A stretch of 55,542 nt of DNA, from NCBI GenBank assembly GCA_000934665.2, contig JYFJ02002518.1, forward strand, positions 1 through 55,542, given 5' to 3'. Below are positions 1 through 11,540 of this stretch, piece after piece. Source of the DNA: Catajapyx aquilonaris (Eukaryota). Both the position numbers and the translations under genes were made by a program. Under the pieces are notes generated by a model, which saw nothing but the letters and a program-made list of their open reading frames with translations, made no database searches and was not told the origin of the DNA. Within the stretch, counting starts at the first letter, position 1. Every line of letters begins with the position of its first letter.

Positions 1-396
1 ATTCAACAATACCTCGGACATGAGCAATGGCCAAGTGACATCAGGAGAAATAACATTAAAATTTTCTGTTTATTAAACTTAAGGTCGACCTGGAAAAATA
101 AAGTTAGTGGTTTACGTTGAAGAATTTGAGAATGCCAGTAATGAGTACGACGTTGAACTTGGCCGTATTTCAGATCTCACCACTTTTGACGGCCAAGCAG
201 TCAGGAGAACTTGGCCTTTTTTTACAGAAATGTTTTTGGTGGGTAATTATATACTCTTTGGGTCGGAAGGACGGGAGAGGTTGGAGGTGTTGGGGGAGGA
301 CCACAGATGGCAAGAAAATGACGGTTGGCGTTAGAGGCGGACAGACAGACAGACAGACAGACAGATAACAAACGGCTTTATTTTTATAGAAGTAGA
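1..396 (-). mobile_element. Probable 5' part of a non-autonomous Helitron-like element in intron 6 of SEC14 copy 1
   Basis: The minus strand starts TCTACTTCTATAAAAATAAAG followed by (TCTG)n (340-365), the usual layout of arthropod non-autonomous Helitrons. The sequence is absent from the homologous intron of copy 2. Confidence 0.45.
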
Positions 397-1110
397 ATAT
401 AATAATGACAAGCTGATATTGTGTGTATGGTCACAGTGACGAGCAGCAAGTCAGTAACAAATAAAACAAGTGGAAAGTTGGCTAAGTGTTGAGAATTTAG
501 TTGTAACAGAAAACGAACTTGACGCTTGACCATAACCTATGACCCTAAGGATGACCCCAAATGGTGAAAGCAACATCGGAAATGAATTCCTCGCACTAAT
601 TTCTGTATAATTAGAGCCATTACACGTGTGTAAAGCTATAAAATGAGTAAAATGTGGAAATTAGTATTTCTCTCAACACCATTTTGCAAACGTGTCTACA
701 GGCCGGCCAGGTACTAGATTACATGGAACTACTGCAGGTTCTAGGTTTCAAATATTATACGGTGTGGAACATTTGACTATAAACTTATTATTATGAGTCC
801 TCTTGCAAATGTCACAGCGTCACTGATGATGCCCTCATTTTGATGTGGCGTCCATGGATTTATCTGCTTATTATGCCATAGGTCACAGCGTATAAACATT
901 GGTGCATTTTATGATTCTTGCTGTAACACGGACTGTGATAATTTCCAAACCTTTCCCTGTAGATCTTTCAGCATGCGAAATGTAAGTTCTAACAACTGCT
1001 TGATGTGATAAGTTATAATGCATTAATCAACTGCACCACACGATGTATAGGTACGTGTCGGATATGTGATTGGAATCTATGAAAAATTTATTGTAATGAT
1101 AACTACTCAC

Positions 1111-1998
1111 CATTAAATATGATCACTTGCTTCAGCATTTCTGGATAATTCAAATCGTGCAACTTGCTGGCATAAACATAACTGTCAAGTGCTGCAAGAA
1201 AGGGCATACTTCTTCATTGTTATCGCACTGCAACATGCAACAATGGCTGTCTAACCTGGCTTGCAAAAAGCGTTTCTCATGGTCAATCCTTCCAGGTCGA
1301 AAAGACACACATGCTGACCAATGAATTTTCCCAAACGAATGCTCTGCTTCTTCATCTCCCTTTTACTTCGTTCTATGATGTGTATGACATTCCTAATAAT
1401 GTCATCCGCACTTAAAGAAGCAGCCATTCCTATAGTGTCCAAATATCCAAGAGGCACAATCCACACTGCAAATCACAACTATCGATGATGGGAACTGATG
1501 CATAATATGTGTTGGTCCTACTTACCTGGGCAGCCTTCTTTGTCATATCCACTCATTCCTATAGGATAGTATTTCAGCATGACTTCTGGAACAGGCCAAG
1601 TGTCTACTAGATCATCCGCACCCATTTCTTTCCTCCATTTCATCGACTGTGACGTAAAAAACCCGCATATAGACATATTCGCATATACGTAGAACTACCA
1701 TAACTACAAGGACTTACGTCTCTCAGCATTTTTTCGGCCCTATCATGATTGAAATCTCGAGCTGCGATAATTAAAACGGTCAACATATTAATGGCACTAA
1801 ATAATTTTTACATTTTCAATACTGACCTTTGAGCCATTGTAAAAGGTACTCATCAGGATCAGAGGGTTTAATGACGTCTGATACTGCGTTTCGAAACTGT
1901 AATTTTGTAAATAACATTACATAGAAATCTGTAATGACCTTATTAAGAGTAAATACCTTTGATAGTGCGATCTCTTCTTCTGCGCTTCTTTCAACCAT
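1111..1998 (-). CDS. SEC14-like (CRAL-TRIO/GOLD) copy 1, exons 1-6 only; exons 7-10 are not in the window
   Basis: GT-AG exons at 1957-1998, 1827-1896, 1718-1761, 1526-1646, 1256-1465 and 1111-1191 splice in frame: MVERSAEEEIALSK/FRNAVSD..YLLQWLK/ARDFN..AEKML/..WRKEMG..GYDKEGCP/..DLEG../..NYPEMLK. Near-identical to copy 2. Confidence 0.85.
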
Positions 1999-2308
1999 TG
2001 TTGCCTGTGCACCTTCACTTGATCCGAAAAGCACTGATCGAGGGCACTAACACGCGAACTTGTAAACTGGTAGCGGGAAAAATAGTTAAAAAATTCTTCC
2101 GCGCTAAATTAGATTATCTCGATGTGACTGTATACAAGCGTGACCATACCCAGCTTCACGTGATAAGCGAATGATTATCTTATCACTTGAGAATGCATTG
2201 CTTTTAGAGCCTTGCTTGCAATTTCTGCAATACTGTAGTCTGTAGGCCGCAGAGTGGCAAGGGGCAGGTCGAGCGGACAACTTAGCAGATAACAGTTACG
2301 CTTATATA

Positions 2309-2526
2309 CAGGGTGTTTCAACTTTTTTGTCCGAACAGTTATCGGAAATATTGCACTAACCTGCTACTTTGCGAGCAGTGTATGCCACTTCAACCTAAGA
2401 TTCGCAGGGAATATTCCCCATTCCTCCGACAAACAGGTTGCAAGTCACTACTTACAAACTAGCAGCTTATAGTGCAATATTATTTCCGATAACATACTGT
2501 TCGGACAAAAAAGTTGAAACACCCTG
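2309..2526. mobile_element. Tc1/mariner-type MITE
   Basis: Long TIRs CAGGGTGTTTCAACTTTTTTGTCCGAACAGT, flanked by TA on both sides. Confidence 0.85.
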
Positions 2527-2543
2527 TATAGCTCCTCTTAGAT

Positions 2544-2905
2544 GTATTTTTTACATTACCCCGTGATATAGGGCCATAGGCTCTTTTATGGGGGTGGAAT
2601 ACCACCGTCCTTCAATTTTTCTCTATTTTTTTCTTCTGACTTCGGTGCAAGGACGAAAGGATATGGGGTAAGGATGGGGATTTCTGGGGAGGGGACACAG
2701 GTGCAAGTGCAATGTCTGGAAAGGGGTCATGTGCAGTCCCCCAGGAGGCTAGGTTGCCAAGACGCCTCCTATAGGCGCGGGTCAGAGACCCACTGAGGCA
2801 CTGACGCAGGCGGAGGGTAACTCCCGGGAGGGGATCGAACCCGGGACCTTCCGCACAGCAACCCGAGACGTTACCACCTCGGCCACCACACCTCCTCCGT
2901 CCCCC
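2544..2905 (-). mobile_element. tRNA-derived SINE
   Basis: Minus-strand A box (TGGTGGCCGAGGTGG) and B box (GGTTCGATCCC). 12-bp TSD CTCCTCTTAGAT at 2532-2543 and 2906-2917. 3' tail shared with the SINEs at 28633 and 40415. Confidence 0.8.
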
Positions 2906-2921
2906 CTCCTCTTAGATATTA

Positions 2922-2926
<5 letters not shown>

Positions 2927-2964
<38 letters not shown>

Positions 2965-3273
2965 TCCGGGGTATATAGCATGGACCTTTATTGTATTTTA
3001 AGTTGCTAAGTACATGGTGCCTATTAATGAAAGCCCGCGGGCCCACGGGCAGGATGACAGGAGGGGATGTGCAAGGTGCAGTGCAATGTCGTAGCTGTGG
3101 TCATTTTGTGAACTCACCCGGGTGGTTTAGTCTATTGGAAATACCACCCGAGACGAAGCCAGAGATGACCCCGAACTCTGCACGAGATGAAGGGGGTGTC
3201 CCCGGGCTGGGATCGAACCCGGGACCTTAACATCCGTGGGCGCATACGTTACCGCAGCGCCACTCCGCCTCCC
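2927..3273 (-). mobile_element. tRNA-derived SINE with (TTA)n tail
   Basis: Minus-strand A box GTGGCGCTGCGG and B box GGTTCGATCCC. The (TAA)n run at about 2923-2963 is its tail. TSD GATATTAATATA at 2915-2926 and 3274-3285. Confidence 0.75.
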
Positions 3274-3293
3274 GATATTAATATATGTGCATG

Positions 3294-3460
3294 TCAATAA
3301 CAAAGCAACGGGGGAATATCTTTGTGGATTTCCCTTTCTTCATGCATGCATGGAGAGTTCAGGTTGAGTTTACCACTGTGACCGTGAATCGTGTTCTTTT
3401 TAATGATCTCACGGAGGACAGGATCTGTGCCTGCTGCGTCTGGAAATTCCAGTCCATTTG
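3294..3460 (-). mobile_element. Degenerate Helitron Rep/helicase coding fragment
   Basis: Translation EFPDAAGTDPVLREIIKKNTIHGHSGKLNLNSPCM resembles the Helitron RepHel segment EIPD..DP.L..IV...MIHGPCG..N.NSPCM. Confidence 0.65.
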
Positions 3461-3759
3461 AAAGAGTATGTTGCGCCTGGTGGGTAGGCAACCCATCGGA
3501 CTTGAAGGTTGCGTTAATCAGGCGTTAATCAGGTGTTGTACTTGAGACTCGCAATAATTGCACTGATACATACGTTTTGTACTAATAACTGATTTAAAAC
3601 AAAGAGGTCTATGCAGTACAAGTAAGTGGGTATATACAATCAGGAAAGCTACCAACTGACTATTTATGCAGGGAAATACAATCCAAAGCCTGGTTTTTGC
3701 TTCTTACATTGGTACATATCAGATATAACAAATCCATTTTTAGACATATAGTGTCTTGC

Positions 3760-6295
3760 TCATGGGTTAATTACAGACACAGAATAAAACAACAGTTTGC
3801 CTCTTAATTTGCTGTAACTGTTGTCGAATTCAACCATATCTGGAAGAAACGGAAAAGGCAAATCATCGAAAGGTTACTGCGATTGAAATTTGATTCACCT
3901 GACTCCTGGCTTGTCAATTACTTTGTGATTAGTCTTGCGTAATAATTCCCGTTGTTACAATATGTTCGTTATAATCTAAACTGATCTGTTCAAACGTAAC
4001 GTACTAAACTGCCAGGTTTATATAACTTGAAAATATACGAATTTTTATGAGTGACTTTTGAAGCAGATAAACTGAATAATAATGCCAGTACTCCCAACAC
4101 ACTTACATTGACCAGTAGGAAGAAGCTCTGTTTCCCCTTCGACTAGAGGCAAGTCATGCCTGTCCACCCTCGAGTAAGGGACAATGTCCTTCCAACTCTC
4201 CATCTCCATTCGTTGAACTGAAAAGCCTATGTCGTGACTTTCAGTTTGAAAAGCCCACCTGTAAAAAGTCATCATTTAAAATTATCCACAATTTTACCAC
4301 TACCATCACCAACACACCTTATCTTGGAATTATCCTGAATCACATCCAAATGCACCTTAAGTGACTCTCGATTCCGGATTGTCACCGATTTCATGTCGCT
4401 GTTGTCCGAGAAGTATTTCTGATGCTCCATGTAATATCTCTTTGGTATTTCACCACCCATGCATATCTGTTAGTCGAAAGCTAACAATTACAGCACTGAA
4501 TAACATTACAGGAGGTATACCTGTACCTTGGAGGAGCATTTAGGGTCTCCATGCTCGTCAACCATAGTTCCTCCCCAATGCTTTGGCAGCTTATCTTCAT
4601 CTACATATTCCAGGATGGCTGGCAGCCACTTGGATCTGTCCGAGTCTATGATTTGGATCTTTCTTTTTGTAGTTTCGCTCAGAAGTGGTTTGAGTATGTT
4701 GAATACCAAGCAAAAAAACTTGGGAGCTGGGAAGAGTAGACGCACAGGCTCAAACATTTATACTGAATATTACAAACCGATAAGTTGAAGCACGCTTCTA
4801 AAAGGCAACGTACACAACAACTCTATGGGGACAAACTAGGCACTACAATTTTAAACATCCTCATGGTAATTGAACTACCGGTATCTATTCAAAATAATTA
4901 TGCTGGTTCAATACAGTGCGGGTACAAGCGTTGTTGGACGCAATTGCCTCTATTTAAATCAGGTAGATGATGAAAAGTTTGTCAAAATATGCATGTAATA
5001 TTTAATTCGCATTAGAAATTTAGGGACTTTTAGCCATGGAACTACTGTAGGTTCTAGGTTTCAAATATTATATAGTGTGGAACATTTCACTGAACTTATG
5101 AGTCCCCTTGAAAATGTCACAGCTGCGTCACTGATGATGCCCTTATTTTGATGTGGCGTCCAAGGATTTATCTGCTTATGCCATAGGTCACACTGTATGA
5201 AATATTGTTACATTTCATGATTCTTGTAACACATACTGTGATTTCCTAACCTTTCCCTGTAAATCTTTCAGCATGCGAAATGTAAGTTCTACCAACTGCA
5301 TTTGATGTGATAAGTTATAACGCATTAATCAACTGTACTACACGATGTATAGGTACGATGTCGGATACGTGATTGGAATCTATGAAAAATTTATTGTAAT
5401 GATCATAACTACTCACCATTAAATATGATCACTTGCTTCAGCGTTTCAGGATAATTCAAATCGTGCAACTTGCTGCCATAAACAAAACTGTCAAGTGCTG
5501 CAAGAAAGGGCATACTGCTTCATTGTTAACTCACTGCAACATGCAACAATGGCTGTCTAACCTGGCTTGCAAAAAGCGTTTCTCATGGTCAATCCTTCCA
5601 AGTCGAAAAGATACACATGCTGACCAATGAATTTTCCCAAACGAATGCTCTGCTCCTTCATCTCCCTTTTACTTCGTTCTATGATGTGTATGACATTCCT
5701 AATAATGTCATCCGCACTCAAAGAAGCAACCATTCCTCTAGTATCCAAATATCCAAGAGGCATAATCCACACTGCAAATCACAAGTATCGATGATGGGAA
5801 CTGACGCATTGTTGGTCCTACTTACCTGGGCAGCCTTCTTTGTCATATCCACTCATTCCTATAGGATAGTATTTCAGCATGACTTCTGGAACAGGCCAAG
5901 TGTCTACTAGATCATCCGCACCCATTTCTTTCCTCCATTTCATCGACTGTGACGTAAAAAAACCCCGCATATAGACATATTCCAAAAACCATAACTACAA
6001 GGACTTACGTCTCTCAGCATCTTTTCGGCCCTATCATGATTGAAATCTCGGGCTGCCATAATTAAAATCACAACATATTAATAACAGTAATTAATTGTTA
6101 CGTTTTCAATGCTGACCTTTGAGCCATTGTAAAAGGTACTCATCAGGATCAGAGGGTTTAATGACGTCTGATACTGCGTTTCGAAACTGTAATTTGGTAA
6201 TAACATTACATATAGAAATCTGTAATGACCTTATTAAGAGTAAATACTCGTACCTTTGTTAGTGCGATCTCTTCTTCTGCGCTTCTTTCAACCAT
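3760..6295 (-). CDS. SEC14-like protein (CRAL-TRIO + GOLD) copy 2, 10 exons, 382 aa
   Basis: Exons 6254-6295, 6117-6186, 6009-6052, 5826-5946, 5562-5771, 5417-5497, 4527-4726, 4318-4466, 4107-4258 and 3760-3839 total 1149 nt in an open frame. Motifs [27 protein letters not shown] motifs WAFQTESHDIGF and FDNSYS. Confidence 0.92.
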
Positions 6296-6740
6296 TGTTG
6301 CCTGTGCACCTTCACTTGATCCGAAAAGCACTGAACGAGGGCACAACACGCGAACTTGTGAACAAAATATGCTGATGTGACTGTATACAAGCCCGTGACC
6401 TGATTAGCTTATCACTTGAGAATGTATGACTTTTAGCGCCTTGCTTTGCGATTATTGCAACGCTGTAGGCCGGATGGTGGCAACTTGGGGAAGGTCCAGA
6501 CAGGTCAGCAGATAACAGATACGCCCAGACTTATTCTTCATAAAAGTCGCACTTCTTATGTACTGTTATAACTGTTATAACCATTAATACAGCAGTGATA
6601 CTTCTCGCCCTCACTCCTTTATACCCCACTACTGTTTCCCACTGACTTTCTAACAGGAAGAGTTCCTCATTGTACATTGTAAACATCCTCATGGTGCAGT
6701 ATGTTACTGAATTTCTGGCTGAAAATGTAGAGCAAGAGCG

Positions 6741-6775
<35 letters not shown>

Positions 6776-6776
6776 G
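6741..6776. repeat. (TGT)n microsatellite
   Basis: Direct inspection. Confidence 0.9.
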
Positions 6777-6998
6777 GGGTGAGGCGTCTCCAGAGGTGCT
6801 GGAAGGCTGTTGGGCTAATAACTACACCCCCATGCCGCCCCCCAGAACATGATCATTTATTCACGTACTCAGAGTTTCCTGTAATAATTTATTGGCATGT
6901 TGATATCAATGACAATCATGTCCTAATTCAAGCATATGACAAACGTTAGTTGATGATAGTGATGTGGTTAGGTTTAGAGGCCATGAGACCAGTGTTTA

Positions 6999-7241
6999 CA
7001 GGGTACATGGTTCGAAAATTTAACCTACCGTGGCTTTGGGAAATGTTAGAGGGGTTCTAGGCGATCACTTTGAGTATATGCAACATGATTGGGTCTCCGA
7101 CGCATAATGTGAATCAAACACAAGGTATAAAATATCCTGACACGTATGCGTCGGAGACCCATGTTGCATATACTCAAAGTGATCGTCTAGAACCCCTCTA
7201 TCATTTCCCAAAGCCACGGTTGGTTAAATTTCCGAACCCTG
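6999..7241. mobile_element. Palindromic Tc1/mariner-type MITE
   Basis: Roughly 100-bp inverted arms (CAGGGT..AAATTTAACC.ACCGTGGCTTTGGGAAATG..), TA flanks. Confidence 0.8.
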
Positions 7242-7314
7242 TATATCCTACATTATTTTACATATACTGCAGCCATAAAGCATGCAGAAGATCCAGATAT
7301 GAGATGAGACGTAC

Positions 7315-10177
7315 TTAAATTACGGTATCATAATCAGGAGGTATGATGGAAACGGAGTAGTAAAGACTCTTGCTCCTGAACAAGCTGTACCGGTTGTCAA
7401 AGGTGACCATGTCTAGAGAGTAATAAAAAAATATTGTTAATACATATTGTACATTGCCTTTGTAGCTAAGGAGGTTACAGAGACCTATATAAAATAAAAA
7501 TGGCTTACATGTTCCAGCTTCCAGTGGTCCAGTCTCATCATCAATTGCAGCAACATGGCTGTCAACCTTTGAGTAAGACACAATATCTATTAACTTGTCC
7601 TCCAGCTGACGATACACAGCAAAACCAATGTCGTAGTGAGCAGTTCGGAAAAGCCATCTAATAATGATAGTTATGTTATAAATGTCCAACAGAAACATTA
7701 AAAACATTTACGTGCCTGATATGCGACTTCGATTGAGGAATATTAATTTTAATGTTGAAATAGCCACCCTTCTGAATTTTGGCGAATTCCATGCTTTCAT
7801 TGATATTGGACGAATTGTTTGTGGAGTAATACTCCCGAGGAATTTCGCCTCCAATGCTGATCTAAATGTGGGCGTAAGAAGTTAGTTTAGATCATGTTCA
7901 CATTTGCTGACATCAAGGCTGACCTTAGATGGACATTGCGGATCGCCATCTGGATCCATCATAGTTCCTCCCAAAAATTTTGGAAGCTGGTTGGAGTCAA
8001 TTAGATTCAAAAGCTTGGGAATCCATTTGGAACGATCAGAGTCGTAGACCATAATTTTATTTCTTGTGGATTCGCTCATCAGAGGCCTGATTATGTTGAA
8101 CAAGAATGTAAATATCCAAGACGCTGAAAATTTCATCATATTAATATCATTGTTCCATCATCATTAATATTTCATCAACAATAGCATTTGCCTAACCATT
8201 GACGACAATGACTTCTTTCAAGCTTTCTGGATAGTTGTCTTCTTGAAATCTGATTAGGTATTTCAACAAGATATGAACTGAAAGTACATATTAGTATGAA
8301 TATGTATCCTAAACAGCTATGAGCATCCATTAAATCGTACCATCTCTATACATGACATTTCTCAAGGCAGCTCCCTCGAAGTCAACCACAAAAACATGTT
8401 GATGCACATATCTATCCCTGGCCATGCTTTGTCTCTTCATCTCTCGCACACTCCTTTCAAAAGAGTGGACAAAATAGCGCAACTGCTCATCTCGTACAGT
8501 CAAGTTCAAAAATCCTCTAACATCTAAGGCTCCCGCTCGCAAAATCCACACTGAAAGTAGGCTAATTAGTCACTGATGTAACAATAAGCCACAAGCAAGG
8601 TTCATCCTGTTATGTAATTAACTCACCAGGACATCCTTCTTTGTCAACACCACTCAATCCCAAGGGAAAGTACTTTACAAACAATTCTGATGGTCGCCAC
8701 GTGCTGAGGATGAGGTCAGCTCCTATTGACTCCCTCCATGACATAGACTGGAATGTACAAACCACGTAGTTGGTAGTTACATATATTACATATTCTACTT
8801 ACATCACGAAACATATCAGCTGCTGCCTCAGGATCATATTGTCGAGCTGAAATACACATTAATTAGTTTAGGATTTTTTAACAAAATAATATCAGACAAC
8901 CTTTCAGCCATTGCAGAAGGTAACGGTCATGATGAGCTGGCTTGATGATGTCGGCCACAGCATGACGAAACTGAAATTTTAATACCATTAGTCGTATATG
9001 AGTAGTATATTGTATCGAATATGTGTAACATCAACTTCGACCACAACAACGGAAACTGTGTTGCATAATTGAACACTATTATCACATATGGAGATAAGTG
9101 AACATGGCAAGCCAGGGACGAGGTCAATAGCAACACGGAGCCATACGCAAAAAAATGTTCAAAGTCGGATCGTACCAGTATGTTGCAGATTGCACCCCCG
9201 CATTCTCATCTACATAATATACGGTGTCATGTGTCGAACAAAAAAAAGCGCAAATGTCACAGAAGGACACACGTGCCACCATAGGGCTACGCGTCTACCT
9301 ATAAATCCGAACATATATTGGGTGTCAAGAATCGCGTAGATTTATAAACGCATAGATAACGCGATTGTGCAAGTAGCTACGAGATACAAAGTCATCACGT
9401 AGCAAGTTATTGCTCTGATGTTATCGTCATAGGCATCTTCATTATGAATGTGGCATTTGAAATGAAATATCACACCTGACAAAATGTGAACCTCCAGATA
9501 AAAACAACCGTGACAAAATACAAATATACAATTATATTACATGTCAAAAGTTTGTTGTCGATAAATCTGGACCTGCTTCAGAAGCAGGTCCAGATTTTTC
9601 TTTTAATAAAGTATAATTTTTGATAAAGGATACTGCAGGCTACAAAATTGTAGCAATTATTCACTTGCAATGCGCATTAGCAGATAATGTTCACATAACC
9701 TACTCTAAACATTAAAAATATTGTACCAAATACTGCACAGTATATTCAATTCTCCCTGGCGAAAAATTCAGGGCATATTCAAAGATGACAGCCATTTGAA
9801 ATAAAAAATATTTATTTTAGATACGAAATTTTAAATTGATAATGCAAAATTGTGCAAAAACACCAGATAGGAAATGTAGAATGAGACACGTTACATCGGA
9901 AATAATGAAGGTGCAGTCAGAAAATATTTTTGTGCCATTATTAGGTCAACTATATTTACTTCAATGGACTCCACGTAATCCATCATTCCTGAACATATAC
10001 TGCACTTGTACAGTACCGGTATGTGAAGTGTCACAGTTTACATTGTTACATATTTCAATATTGCAAAAAATATCTACAAAAGTTACTTATATAGCTATAT
10101 TCAATCAAGACAATAATCTGAGTGGCTATATTTACCTTCTGAAGTGCTTCTGCATGCTCGGTTATAACATGCGACAT
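7315..10177 (-). CDS. SEC14-like protein copy 3 (divergent; long intron 1; GC-AG intron 8)
   Basis: Exon 1 MSHVITEHAEALQK at 10136-10177 has the same 42-nt size and phase as copies 1 and 2. Exon 2 begins near 8971. Motifs FQEDNYPESLK and QLPKFLGGTMMDPDGDP; GOLD ends FDNRYSLFRSK..DTVI*. Confidence 0.88.
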
Positions 10178-11170
10178 CTTAGCAACACAATGAGAAGTCT
10201 TCTGGTCCAAACTCTTCACCAGAAATGTCAATTTCGGACAGATATGATATCACAGGCTTGTCTGCCTTCAAGGGTCGCTGTGGTAATGCCCGTTGATGAT
10301 GACCTTTCTATAGGTTAAGCGAACCGAGTCTTCCTATTTCCAGTACACACAAGCTACTACTAACTGTATACACAATGCTATCCGTATATTTTGGTCAAGT
10401 TGCCAAATATGACAGTCTCAGCCCAGTACTTAACAAGTACTGTACACACAATGTTTACGCACTAGCTTAAATACAAAATGATAAGCATACTATCTTTTTT
10501 TAATGTCCTTCATTATTTTGATAACAAACTAGTACACTGTAGGCAGGTGAGCAGATTATGGCGATATATTTGGCAGATTATACTTCTTGGAGTAGCAAAA
10601 TATCACCTTGAAACAATAGCTAATATCATGCCATACACTTCACAACAAAATGCCAATAATTACGTCAAGCATTTAAGTCTGTTGACCAAAAAAAAATTGT
10701 GCAACGTTTGAGCATAGTATTTGCTGTTGACATCACTGTTATGTGCTATCAGTTGATGAACTTGCCCAAAATAGGAATCGGGACCGCTTCGTGGTCAGAG
10801 AGCGATTGAACTTGAACTACCTAATGGAGCAACAACGTTAGGCTGTTATTAATAGATGAAACATACTGCAACTGTTTTTCAGTCACCCAGAATGTGGTAC
10901 AAACCACTTTAATAATATCATGTTGACCTGATCTGGCACTCTTCAAGTCTTACATTTGGGCTATTTTTATAGGTTGCAGCTATATAATATTATTATGGAC
11001 GTTTCACAATATTAACTTGATGACACTCTTAACCTAATTGATGCCTGATTGTGTTTTTGCGAAATAAATTATTTTTGCATGTCCTGTTTCATTTATTGTG
11101 TGTTAATAGGTCACGGCGAGAGTTTTGATGCCCCCAGTGTTACAGAGACGTCTAATATGTACTTAGTGTA

Positions 11171-11447
11171 CAGTGCTGGACATTAATTCCGTCATACTGC
11201 TAACGACATTTTTCGAAGCGGCCGACGTGCAAATCGAAGTGATAGAGTGCCAGTCGAGCGAGTAAGAAATGGTAGCCCTTGGGTGACATCACTGGCTGAG
11301 GACAAGCCTTTTCTCCATTGCCCCCCTGCCGGTGACGTCATTCAAGGCCTACCTCTTCTTACTCGCACGGCTCTATCATTTCGATTTGCACATCTGCCGC
11401 ATCAGAAAATGTCGCAAGCATTATGACGCGATTCATGTCCAACACTT
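11171..11447. mobile_element. MITE (CAGTG(C/T)TGG termini), same family as 30255-30379
   Basis: Imperfect inverted arms containing GACATTTT..GAAGCGGC..GTGCAAATCGAAGTGATAGAG; TA flanks. Confidence 0.7.
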
Positions 11448-11540
11448 TACGTAGATTTGTTTGGCTGTTGGCAACTTAACTGGAGTGTTATTGGACCATG
11501 ACCACGACGCTGAGGGATTCTCACGGGGTACAGGAGGAGG

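Noticed and set aside
2820..2900. tRNA genes at 2820-2900, 3200-3273, 15810-15890, 28636-28700 and 40820-40855
   Set aside because: A/B boxes are present, but I could not fold a convincing cloverleaf. Most continue into a SINE body with tail and TSD, and the 15810 head matches the same family.
3927..4010. Alternative last exon for copy 2
   Set aside because: Gives immediate stops and lacks the FDNSYS motif; the true exon 10 is at 3760-3839
6670..6852. Poly-Cys ORF (and the poly-Leu ORF at 26098-26289)
   Set aside because: Translations of the (TGT)n and (TTA)n microsatellites
9030..9110. Proximal first exon for copy 3
   Set aside because: No ATG-to-donor frame of the right phase; 10136-10177 matches the paralogous exon 1 in size, phase and sequence
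9836..10318. 160-aa plus-strand ORF and other plus-strand ORFs over the SEC14 genes
   Set aside because: No recognisable domain; antisense or intronic open frames expected by chance
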